Of a stretch of DNA of 64,000 bases, positions 48,777 through 57,735 are shown piece by piece. Within the stretch, counting starts at the first letter, position 1. Each line of letters starts with the position of its first letter. The notes beneath the pieces are model-generated. The model saw only the letters and a program-made list of their open reading frames with translations, ran no database searches and had not been told where the DNA came from. A program made the translations under genes and the position numbers. Source of the stretch: Anaerovibrio sp. (GTDB lineage: Bacteria; Bacillota; Negativicutes; Selenomonadales; Selenomonadaceae); contig NZ_JAILFV010000095.1 of the NCBI RefSeq assembly GCF_024697385.1, positions 3,233-67,232 on the forward strand, read 5' to 3'.

Positions 48777-51700
48777 TTACCTTCTAACACTACGATAGCC
48801 CATATTATCCCTGTATATCTTCTCATCATCCACATCACTTCTCGGCGATGCCGTTGAGAATCGGAATTGTGCCTTTAATCCAAAAACATTGGCATTCTTT
48901 TCATCCCTGTAATATGCAAAGCTCATATTGTCATTCAGCTCATATTCAAAGCCGGCCCTGTATTTATCAGAGTTAATGCTCTTGGTATACTGCAGCATAA
49001 ACCTGTCAGTTATCTCCTTACCCATCTTGATATTATACACTTCGAAATAATTTTTGTCGCCTGTTTTTTCATCACCAAATTCAGTGGTATCCCGTTCTAC
49101 GCTGAACAAGTCCAGATTAAGAACATTTCTCATGGCAGTTTCCACCTCTGAGAGGATAGTCATCTGCAGGCCAACACTGAACATGGAGGAAAATTGACTG
49201 CTGTCACTTTTCTTTGAATTGTATTCACTGCGCAGGGTCAGCAGCTGTATAATTTCCTTTTCAGACATTGCCGGTGATGACATGAGTCTGAACTTCATGT
49301 TCTCCACCGGTCCTGACAGGCTGGCAAAAACCCTGGTATTGCTAATCTTTGTACCTGCCTTCAGGCTGATGGACGGCAACAGTGTCTCAAAGCGATCAAA
49401 TTTAATAACACCCTCAACCACATTAAATGGAGTTTTCAGATAAGTAATGGTCCCCTTCTTGACAGTGATGGCCCCGCTGGTTTTTGGCTGTAGGGTAGTA
49501 CCGCCAAAATGAGCACTTCCAACCAATCGCAGGTCACCCAGATTGGCACTGACAAACCTCACACCCTTGCCCAGCTCAACATCATAATCCAGGGCTACCT
49601 CAGGCATATCTGAACTGTCGTCCAACAAAGGTGGCGTTGACAAAACAACATTTTCCAGGAACAGCTTACCGGAAATTTTTGGTATTACCCTTTCCTCCAG
49701 CTGCTCATCCCCTACCATACCAGCAGGCATTTTCACGCTGTCAATCTGGACTGTACTGTTTAAAGCCCCTTTGAAGAAATTGCTTTTTACATTTAATCCG
49801 TCGGAATCGAAAACAAAATGGTAATCAACAGGCTTAAGCCCATCAAGGGTAACATAGCCTGACATGGAATAACTGCCCTTGCCCATGATACCAACACATT
49901 TTTCCAGTGTAATATTATTTCCCATGAGCATAATCTTCATGGAAGCATCAGTCACCGGTTTTTCAATCCCTTTTATCTTGTAGGCACCATCAGGTATCGT
50001 AACTATCCCCTCAAAGCACGGATGACTCAGGGTTCCGGTTATTTTTACCGAACCATCGGTGCTACCCACAGCCCAATCAATATAGTTGGAAATTGTCGGC
50101 AAGAGACTCAAATCTGCATCCTCAAGAGAAATGTTAAGATTGAGCTGAGCCTCATCATCCTCATCATCAGTCAATAATGCCCGTATAGGCATTTCTCCGG
50201 TTATCAGTACCTTATTATCTGTTTTTCCCACCATTTTACGGGCAACCAGCTTATCAACTATCCTGATTGTCTTGTCCTTTACCAGGAACTTGCCTGTCAT
50301 GGTATCCAGCTTAGCCCCATGGGCACCAAAATCTGTTACCAGCAGATCTATCTGGGCAACCGGATTGTCCAGCTCCCCTGCAGCTTCCAGATGGCAGTCT
50401 ATTTTTCCATCAACAGGGCTGGTATATCCTGCAGCCCCTGCCACAGCTCCTGCATCAATCTGAGACATATCCGCAGTGAGGGATATATCACCATCAAGGT
50501 CAACGGTGCCCAGCGCGGTAAATTTACCCGTCTGACCTTCCTGACCTGACAGACTGGAAATTGTTATCACCCTGTTTTCCATGATGGCCTCACATGCCAC
50601 ATCCGTAAGGGAGTAATTCCCCAGCTTCCCATCATCCAGATAAGCTGACATACTGACACTTGGGTTATCAACAGTACCGCTGACATTAAAATTACCATTC
50701 AGCTTGCCGGTAACCTTGTTGTCCTTCCAACCGCCCATAGCCACCAGAGATCTTATATCCCCTCGGATAATCTGAACATTACCGCCAATCATGCGGTAAT
50801 TCATATTATACTCGGCATTCAAAGTATATTTTCCGGTCCCCTGTTTCATATACATATCGGAGAAATAAACAGTATGATTTCTGTAATCTATATTTCCTGA
50901 TACATCGTCAAAGCTCTCACCACGGATACTCAATGATTTGGAGGCTACCGTACCATGGAAAAATGGTGATTTTATATTACCTGTAAGCTGACCCTCAAAA
51001 TCAAAAAGTCCAGTAATTGGAATTGGCAGCTTATTGCTAAAGGCATCTATATCCATCCCCCTGGCAACCAGCTTTATGTTCATGTCGCCATTAGAATTAA
51101 CAGTCCCGTTATCAATACGCCCAATAATGCCCGGAGAAACAATATTTACATCCTTCAGGGTGAGCACATCATCCTTGTAATCGTATGTCCCCTTGATGCT
51201 CTGTATAACTATTTCACTGTTATAGGATCCCAAATGATAATCAAACTGCCCTGTAAGCACAGGATCATCCAAAGTACCTGTTATCTTTATGATATTATCA
51301 ACATTACCGGTTAACGGGAAATCAATCCCCATGGACTTGAGCATGTTTTCCATGCGGGCATTTTGTGTCACTACCTCCAGGTTTACGCCTTTCTTACCCA
51401 TAAAGCCCATTACACCCTTGACGCTCCACCTGTTATCCTCGCCATGCTCCATGACAAAGTCAGATATCTTGATTCCCCTGAGGCTGCCACCAGCCTTGCC
51501 ATGAAGCCTGTCAAATGGCTGACTGAAAATACTTCCATCCCGTGCGGCAAAAGAGGCCTTCACCTTCGGGTCATCAAAAGTTCCCTTGATATGTCCCTTT
51601 ATATCTGCATAGCCGGAAATATCAATCTTTTCATCGATTGCCCTGGCCATGGACATATCCAGTCCGGCACTATAAAAATCAATGTCCAGCCCCTGATTGG

Positions 51701-53219
51701 CAATAATATCCCCATGAAGACCCAACTCACCACCGGTGGCAAAAATCAAGCTGATATAATCAATGTGAATATTATTATTTTCATATATAAATGATCCGTC
51801 AAGCGCTGTAGTCTCAATGCCATTCCAACCCATATCAGAAGACTTCACGGTCCCTACCGCCTTGGTCCCTGCAATGTTATTAATATTTCCATCCAAAAGC
51901 ACCTCACCGGATATTCTGCCTGATATTCCGGACAAAGCAGGCAGCACATTGTCCAACTGCCGTGGTTCAATACCGGCCACCTCCGCCTTAACGGCAAAAT
52001 CACGGCTTTTAGCATCAAAATTGCCAACACCAGTAACACGACCACCAAAAACATCAGCGCCGAACTCATTGACAGCTATATTACCCTCATCATATCTCAC
52101 CTTGGCCGTGCCGTTATGGAAGCTGTATCCATCTACACTGCCCTCATTTATTCCCACAAGGGCATCCACAACAGGGTTAGTTGCATCTCCTACCACCCTG
52201 GCAGAGAATTTCACCGGACCACTATAAGGAATATCTGCAATCAAAACACCTGGCTCAAAACCATCTGATGCCACTGTCAAATCCAATATTGGACGGCCCT
52301 CGACCAGCTTCACCTTTCCTTTGGCCGTTGCCTCCTGCCCGGAGGTGGAGGCGCGCATAAACACCTGTGCCTCTTTTTCATCAAATAAAACCAGTCCACC
52401 AATGTCCTCCACCCTGGTATCCAGGATAGTCACATGGCCATCTCTTAGCTCCAGTTGCCCGGTATAATAAAGATCATCTTTGACCTTTTCCCCGGAAACC
52501 ATAAGGCTTGTCACATTACCGGAAATATCCCTGACTATGTCCTCAGGAATAATTCCGGCAGGAATCATTGGTACATAATTAGCCAAGGCTACATCATGCA
52601 GCTCCACATCAAAGGTCTCCCTGGCCCCGCCGATACTGGCAGTCAGTCTCATATCCGCGCCCTGGTTTTTCCCGGAACCTTCCAGCCTTATTGCAGGATA
52701 GCCATCGAAATCAAGATTGGCATTCAGGTCCTCCAGCAGCGTCTCCTGCCCATTAATGCCAAGCAACAGTGAACTATTGGTGATATGTACCTTTCCAACA
52801 AATTTGTTCTCACTGGGCTCCTCCGATATAAGGTCAGAAAAATTCCAGCTGCCGTCACTTCTCTGGCGAACAGTACCTTCCACTCCATCCAGATATACAT
52901 CACTTATACCTTCAGCAGGAGAATCCTTAAGCATGCCAAAAATACTGAAACCAACTTTGGCATCAGCAACCTTGGCAATAAGCTCATTCTGTTTATCGTA
53001 TACGGATATATCCTTTATCTCTACCGTATTGAAGGCATCCACCCGCACCAGGCCGATATCTACCCTTGTCTCCAGCACATCACTGGCTGTGGCAGCAGCA
53101 TTTTCAGCTGCCATGGCCATAAAACTGCTGCTGGAGGAAAGATACCAATATGATGCCGCCAGTACCAAAGTGATACACCCAACTAAAATACCGACCAATC
53201 GCACCAGCTTGCGGTCCAT
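48777..53219 (-). CDS. tamB: TamB/AsmA-like translocation and assembly module protein
   Basis: 1480 aa, N-terminal TM, repeated beta-taco strands, DUF490-like C-terminus (L.SSP.MSE.EII.LL). Confidence 0.88.
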   Translation of the reverse strand: MDRKLVRLVGILVGCITLVLAASYWYLSSSSSFMAMAAENAAATASDVLETRVDIGLVRVDAFNTVEIKDISVYDKQNELIAKVADAKVGFSIFGMLKDSPAEGISDVYLDGVEGTVRQRSDGSWNFSDLISEEPSENKFVGKVHITNSSLLLGINGQETLLEDLNANLDFDGYPAIRLEGSGKNQGADMRLTASIGGARETFDVELHDVALANYVPMIPAGIIPEDIVRDISGNVTSLMVSGEKVKDDLYYTGQLELRDGHVTILDTRVEDIGGLVLFDEKEAQVFMRASTSGQEATAKGKVKLVEGRPILDLTVASDGFEPGVLIADIPYSGPVKFSARVVGDATNPVVDALVGINEGSVDGYSFHNGTAKVRYDEGNIAVNEFGADVFGGRVTGVGNFDAKSRDFAVKAEVAGIEPRQLDNVLPALSGISGRISGEVLLDGNINNIAGTKAVGTVKSSDMGWNGIETTALDGSFIYENNNIHIDYISLIFATGGELGLHGDIIANQGLDIDFYSAGLDMSMARAIDEKIDISGYADIKGHIKGTFDDPKVKASFAARDGSIFSQPFDRLHGKAGGSLRGIKISDFVMEHGEDNRWSVKGVMGFMGKKGVNLEVVTQNARMENMLKSMGIDFPLTGNVDNIIKITGTLDDPVLTGQFDYHLGSYNSEIVIQSIKGTYDYKDDVLTLKDVNIVSPGIIGRIDNGTVNSNGDMNIKLVARGMDIDAFSNKLPIPITGLFDFEGQLTGNIKSPFFHGTVASKSLSIRGESFDDVSGNIDYRNHTVYFSDMYMKQGTGKYTLNAEYNMNYRMIGGNVQIIRGDIRSLVAMGGWKDNKVTGKLNGNFNVSGTVDNPSVSMSAYLDDGKLGNYSLTDVACEAIMENRVITISSLSGQEGQTGKFTALGTVDLDGDISLTADMSQIDAGAVAGAAGYTSPVDGKIDCHLEAAGELDNPVAQIDLLVTDFGAHGAKLDTMTGKFLVKDKTIRIVDKLVARKMVGKTDNKVLITGEMPIRALLTDDEDDEAQLNLNISLEDADLSLLPTISNYIDWAVGSTDGSVKITGTLSHPCFEGIVTIPDGAYKIKGIEKPVTDASMKIMLMGNNITLEKCVGIMGKGSYSMSGYVTLDGLKPVDYHFVFDSDGLNVKSNFFKGALNSTVQIDSVKMPAGMVGDEQLEERVIPKISGKLFLENVVLSTPPLLDDSSDMPEVALDYDVELGKGVRFVSANLGDLRLVGSAHFGGTTLQPKTSGAITVKKGTITYLKTPFNVVEGVIKFDRFETLLPSISLKAGTKISNTRVFASLSGPVENMKFRLMSSPAMSEKEIIQLLTLRSEYNSKKSDSSQFSSMFSVGLQMTILSEVETAMRNVLNLDLFSVERDTTEFGDEKTGDKNYFEVYNIKMGKEITDRFMLQYTKSINSDKYRAGFEYELNDNMSFAYYRDEKNANVFGLKAQFRFSTASPRSDVDDEKIYRDNMGYRSVRR

Positions 53220-53232
53220 TTAGTGTCCCCCT

Positions 53233-53263
53233 AAAATAAATGCCACGCAAAATAGCGTGGCAT
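53233..53263 (-). terminator. terminator-like hairpin immediately upstream of the tamB RBS
   Basis: Minus strand ATGCCACGC-TATTTT-GCGTGGCAT-TTATTTT, then AGGGGG RBS and ATG at 53219. Confidence 0.65.
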
Positions 53264-53453
53264 AATAATTAAACTTGTTCAGCGCTAACAATCACTCCGC
53301 TGAAGTCCAGTCGAGTTTACCCATTGAATAGCAGAGCCTCATTCTCCCAAGAGGAAACAGCTCCCCCATCCATTAACACCGGATAAAATTATTTATACAG
53401 CATATTTCCATTACAGTATATCATAAACCTCTGGACACTATATAAAAATTAAA

Positions 53454-54809
53454 TTAATTTTTCGTTTCACTAAGCTTGAATTTATCAATATTGGTATCAA
53501 CCATAATACCCATGGCCCTATCCAAATCAGCCTTGCTGCTGTTGTATTGATAAAGGGCATTGTAATAAGTGCTCTGGGCCGAGGTAAGTTTTTCTTCTGC
53601 ATCCATTACATCAAGATTAGTACCTACACCAGCTGTATATCTTACCTGGGCAATCTTATAATCCTCTTTGGCCTTTTCCACTGCTACCTTTGCAGTGTCA
53701 ATACTCTGAGCAGCAGAGGTCAGGTTCAGATATGCAGTCCTTACCTCCAGATCCCCGGTTTCGCGGGTACTCTGGGCAGCCTCCTTGGCCTTGGCAATAG
53801 CAGCCTTGGACTGATTTACCTTGGCCTGGGTCACATTGTTGTCAAAAATATTCCAGGACACACCAAGCCCCATATACCAGGAATTCTGGGAAAAATAATA
53901 CTGATTTTTCTCATCATCACTGCCAAAAGGCTTCTCGCCAACTATTGTCTTGGATACCTCAGCTTGCACCTTGGGCTTTGTCCCGGCACCGGCAATTTCC
54001 TTTTTCTCTTCGGCAATCTTTACCTGATAATCGGCGACCAAAATATCAGGGCGGTTATCCCTGGCATATTGGGTACACTCATCGAGGGAAATCTCATAGG
54101 GAATATACCCCAGTTCATCTTTAGGATTCAGCTTTGTATCAGCCGGCAATCCGATTATATTGTTCAATTTTGATATGGCAATATTATAGTTGTTCTGGGC
54201 AGAAACCAGTTTCAGCTGAGCATTGGACAGCTGTACCTGGGATGCCAGCACATCCGTTTTAGCCACAGTTCCCACACTGTATTGAGCATTAACATTTTTT
54301 AAATGCTCTTCAATAGTTTTAACGGAATCCTCAGACACCTTTATCATGTTACGGCAATTCAGTGCGTTGAAATATGCAGCCTGAGTGCTCGCCTTAATTG
54401 CCTGCTTGGTTGCCTCCAGGGAAATTTCACTGGCATTCAGGCCCAAATCAGCTGCACGCATTGAAGCCTCAAGCTGACCACCTGAATAAATAGGCATACT
54501 TACAGATACAGTATTCAGGAAAAGTGAATTGACATCGTATGCACTGGAAGCTCCACCTACGCGTCTTGCAGCACTTGTCCAGGACAAGGAAGGCCCACTG
54601 TAACGCCGTGCCTCATGACGGGCCCATACAGCTGAATCATAATCAGCCATAGCAGATTTAATTGTATGATTATTTTCCAAAGCTATGCGCACACAGTCTT
54701 CAATATTCACATCCATGGCATCAGCAGCCATTACAGTAGTGGACACGGACAGGGACAAAAGACCACTAAGCACCATTACTGATAATTTCTTATAATTAGC
54801 ATTCATCAT
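53454..54809 (-). CDS. TolC family outer membrane protein
   Basis: Signal peptide, ALENN, PIYSGG, AYFN, RPD, RYTAGVGTNLDVMDA; start at MMNA. Confidence 0.92.
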   Translation of the reverse strand: MMNANYKKLSVMVLSGLLSLSVSTTVMAADAMDVNIEDCVRIALENNHTIKSAMADYDSAVWARHEARRYSGPSLSWTSAARRVGGASSAYDVNSLFLNTVSVSMPIYSGGQLEASMRAADLGLNASEISLEATKQAIKASTQAAYFNALNCRNMIKVSEDSVKTIEEHLKNVNAQYSVGTVAKTDVLASQVQLSNAQLKLVSAQNNYNIAISKLNNIIGLPADTKLNPKDELGYIPYEISLDECTQYARDNRPDILVADYQVKIAEEKKEIAGAGTKPKVQAEVSKTIVGEKPFGSDDEKNQYYFSQNSWYMGLGVSWNIFDNNVTQAKVNQSKAAIAKAKEAAQSTRETGDLEVRTAYLNLTSAAQSIDTAKVAVEKAKEDYKIAQVRYTAGVGTNLDVMDAEEKLTSAQSTYYNALYQYNSSKADLDRAMGIMVDTNIDKFKLSETKN

Positions 54810-54864
54810 AAAGACAAACCTCCTCAGAGCATATTCTACATTACAAATATGAAAAAAATATGAA

Positions 54865-56148
54865 TCAGAAATCCCTTCTAAGGCCAAAATATGTAGCCCG
54901 TTTATCCCCTTTATTAATGTCATTGACCTGGGTAAAAAGATATGTATCCTTGGCTATTTCAAACTGAAGCCTTGATTTCAGCCTGAATTCATTTGGATCA
55001 AAGGCATCCACCGACAAATGTACCTTATCGCCGCCAAAGAGGTCCACCCCCATACCGGCCTTGCCCTCAATGACACCGACACGCCCACCAAAGGCTCCTG
55101 ATCGCATACCTCCTTGCAGATCCAGGTTATTACCCTCACCTATATCATTAATACCAATCTTGGCGAAACCATTGCCACCGTTTGAGATACGCAGATCAAA
55201 GTCCGTGGCCCAATGCTTGTTATCATTGGTACTATACATGGTTTCAACCCCTGCTTTCACCTGGATATCGGTGACCTTGGACATCATTTTATCTGCCTTT
55301 TGAGTCAGCTTACTGGTATTGCTGAGTATATTCTTCAAATCTGCCGCAACTGCCGGGTCAGTGACAACCCCCTCCAGGGAGGCAGCCATGTTGTTAAGAC
55401 GCCGGCTTGATTCTGACAGATTATTAATGGCTTCTTTTAAATTTTCCGCAGTCCTGCCGTCTCCATTAAATGTATTGACCATCGATTCCACGCTGTTTGA
55501 AGCCCTGGCCAGACTACCAGTCATCAAATTGAGGTTCCTGGCCATATTACGCACATCATCCTGGCTGGATACAGCCACATTAGCAAGAGTAGCACTCAGA
55601 ACATTGATATTGGCCGTTACATCCCGTATATTACTGGAAATATCCTTAAGGGCCAGCTTGGTGTCTTCATTGCCAAACACATCATTAAGGTTACTCAACA
55701 GCTGATGAACCTGATCCAGCGCGCTGCTGATACTGACCATAACATTATCAATACCCGTTTCAGTCATCCCGTCCACATAATCATCAGGCTGATAACAATC
55801 CGACATATCACAGTCACTATGTGGAGTAATATTGATAAATTTTGCCCCCATAACGCCATTGGAGGTTATGGAAAAAGACGATTTACGGGGAATCTGTACC
55901 TTGCCATCAATCTTTACCCGTACCAAAACTCCGGCACCATTTGGTGATACTACTTCGACACTCCCTATGGGAACACCTGCATAAGCAACATTATCCCCGG
56001 GAACCAGGCCTATAGCCTGACTGAAATTTACATATAGGTTATATCCTTTATCATTGCCAAAGCTGAAATTGGTTAAGAAAACAAATACTGCTATTACCAG
56101 GGCGAGTCCCCCAAGAGTAAACGCCCCGACCTTGACCTCCGTACTCAA
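54865..56148 (-). CDS. mlaD: MlaD (MCE domain, long helix, C-terminal beta strands)
   Basis: EVKVG, GL..G..V.YAGV.IGSV, GVMGAKFI; ends YFGLRRDF. Confidence 0.88.
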   Translation of the reverse strand: MSTEVKVGAFTLGGLALVIAVFVFLTNFSFGNDKGYNLYVNFSQAIGLVPGDNVAYAGVPIGSVEVVSPNGAGVLVRVKIDGKVQIPRKSSFSITSNGVMGAKFINITPHSDCDMSDCYQPDDYVDGMTETGIDNVMVSISSALDQVHQLLSNLNDVFGNEDTKLALKDISSNIRDVTANINVLSATLANVAVSSQDDVRNMARNLNLMTGSLARASNSVESMVNTFNGDGRTAENLKEAINNLSESSRRLNNMAASLEGVVTDPAVAADLKNILSNTSKLTQKADKMMSKVTDIQVKAGVETMYSTNDNKHWATDFDLRISNGGNGFAKIGINDIGEGNNLDLQGGMRSGAFGGRVGVIEGKAGMGVDLFGGDKVHLSVDAFDPNEFRLKSRLQFEIAKDTYLFTQVNDINKGDKRATYFGLRRDF

Positions 56149-56159
56149 GCCAACACCCC

Positions 56160-56891
56160 CTATTCAATATATAAATCCTGCAGAAAGGCTCTTACTCTAG
56201 GGTCCTTCAGCCGTCTGAAATTATCAACAGTGTCTATTGCTATGAGCTGGCCCTCATACACCATGGCAATCCTGTCAGCGATTCTTATGGCACTACCCAT
56301 ATCGTGGGTGACAACCACAGAGGTTACCCCCAGCCTTTTCTGAGTAGAAATAATCAATTCATCTATCTTGTTGGTCATAATCGGGTCAAGTCCCGAGCTG
56401 GGTTCATCGTAAAAAATAATTTTGGGACCAAAAGCTATGGCCCTGGCCAAACTTACACGCTTTTTCATACCACCTGACAGCTCATCAGGCATCATGTCCT
56501 CTGTACCTGGCAACCCAACCAGATTCAGCTTTTCCTGTACGATTTCCATTATGTGTGCTTCACTGAAATCCGTATGTTCCCGGAGTCCAAAGGCCACATT
56601 ATCACCTACTGTCATGGAATCAAACAAAGCCGAATATTGGAACACCATACCCATATGCAGTCTGACACGGTCCAGCTCATGTTCCTTCATGGTAACCAAA
56701 TCCCTATCCTCCAGCAATATCTTACCACTGGTAGGCTTAATAAGTCCAATCATAAGTCTCAGGAGAGTACTTTTTCCGGAACCGGAACCGCCAATTATAG
56801 CCAATGTCTCACCATCAGCTATCTCAAGATTAATATTGTCTAACACCAGTTTGTTGTTATATGCCTTACAGACATCAATCAGTTTAATCAT
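56160..56891 (-). CDS. mlaF: Mla ABC ATPase
   Basis: GGSGSGKS, FQYSALFDSMTV, LSGGMKKR, YDEPSSGLDP. Confidence 0.92.
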   Translation of the reverse strand: MIKLIDVCKAYNNKLVLDNINLEIADGETLAIIGGSGSGKSTLLRLMIGLIKPTSGKILLEDRDLVTMKEHELDRVRLHMGMVFQYSALFDSMTVGDNVAFGLREHTDFSEAHIMEIVQEKLNLVGLPGTEDMMPDELSGGMKKRVSLARAIAFGPKIIFYDEPSSGLDPIMTNKIDELIISTQKRLGVTSVVVTHDMGSAIRIADRIAMVYEGQLIAIDTVDNFRRLKDPRVRAFLQDLYIE

Positions 56892-56901
56892 AAAACCACC
56901 A

Positions 56902-57672
56902 TCAATATAGGAACATGGACAATAATACATTAAACATAAATATGACCACAATGGCACTTACCACTGATCTGGTAGTCGCTTTACCAACTCCTTCAGCACC
57001 ATCCGGGGCATTCATGCCATAATAACAGCCCAAAATTGCTGTTACACCGCCAAATGCTGACGCCTTGACCAAGCCACCCAGCATATCATTCAGGGCAACA
57101 TAAGTACTGATTGAATTGACATATACATATGTAGATATTCCGGAATAAAATTTTGCTACCAGCCAGCCGCCAGCCACTCCAATAAGGTCCCCATATATTG
57201 TAAGCACCGGGACCATCAGCATACAGGCCAACATCCTGGGCACTACCAGATAACCGATTGGATTTGTCCCCATAACCCGCAGGGCATCAATTTGTTCTGT
57301 GACCTTCATAGTACTTATTTCTGCCGTCATTGCTGAACCCACACGGCCTGCAGCCACGACTCCCACAAGTACCGGTCCCAACTCACGGCCGATAGCAATG
57401 GCAACAATCCCACCGACGGTGGATTCAGCCCCCATTTTGATAAACTCATTGGCTATCTGCAATGTCATTACCATGCCGGTAAATGTTAAGGTAAGGGATA
57501 CAATTGGCAACGAATCCACACCCAAATGGGACATCTGGTTCACCACATGTCTCAAACGGATTTTCACCGGCAGCTGCTTGATTGCTGCTATAAACAGCAG
57601 CATAACATCACCGACAAAATATAACAGCTCCAATACAGAAGCGCCAATCTTTTCAAGAAACCTGACAAACAT
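56902..57672 (-). CDS. mlaE: Mla ABC permease
   Basis: GVDSLP, RELGPV, EQIDAL..MG.NP..YLVVPR, GVGKATT; start could be 57696. Confidence 0.93.
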   Translation of the reverse strand: MFVRFLEKIGASVLELLYFVGDVMLLFIAAIKQLPVKIRLRHVVNQMSHLGVDSLPIVSLTLTFTGMVMTLQIANEFIKMGAESTVGGIVAIAIGRELGPVLVGVVAAGRVGSAMTAEISTMKVTEQIDALRVMGTNPIGYLVVPRMLACMLMVPVLTIYGDLIGVAGGWLVAKFYSGISTYVYVNSISTYVALNDMLGGLVKASAFGGVTAILGCYYGMNAPDGAEGVGKATTRSVVSAIVVIFMFNVLLSMFLY

Positions 57673-57735
57673 CCCTGAAGCCCCCAACCTAGTCAAAATC
57701 CATCACCATATCAGTTTAATATCGGAAAGCTGCCA

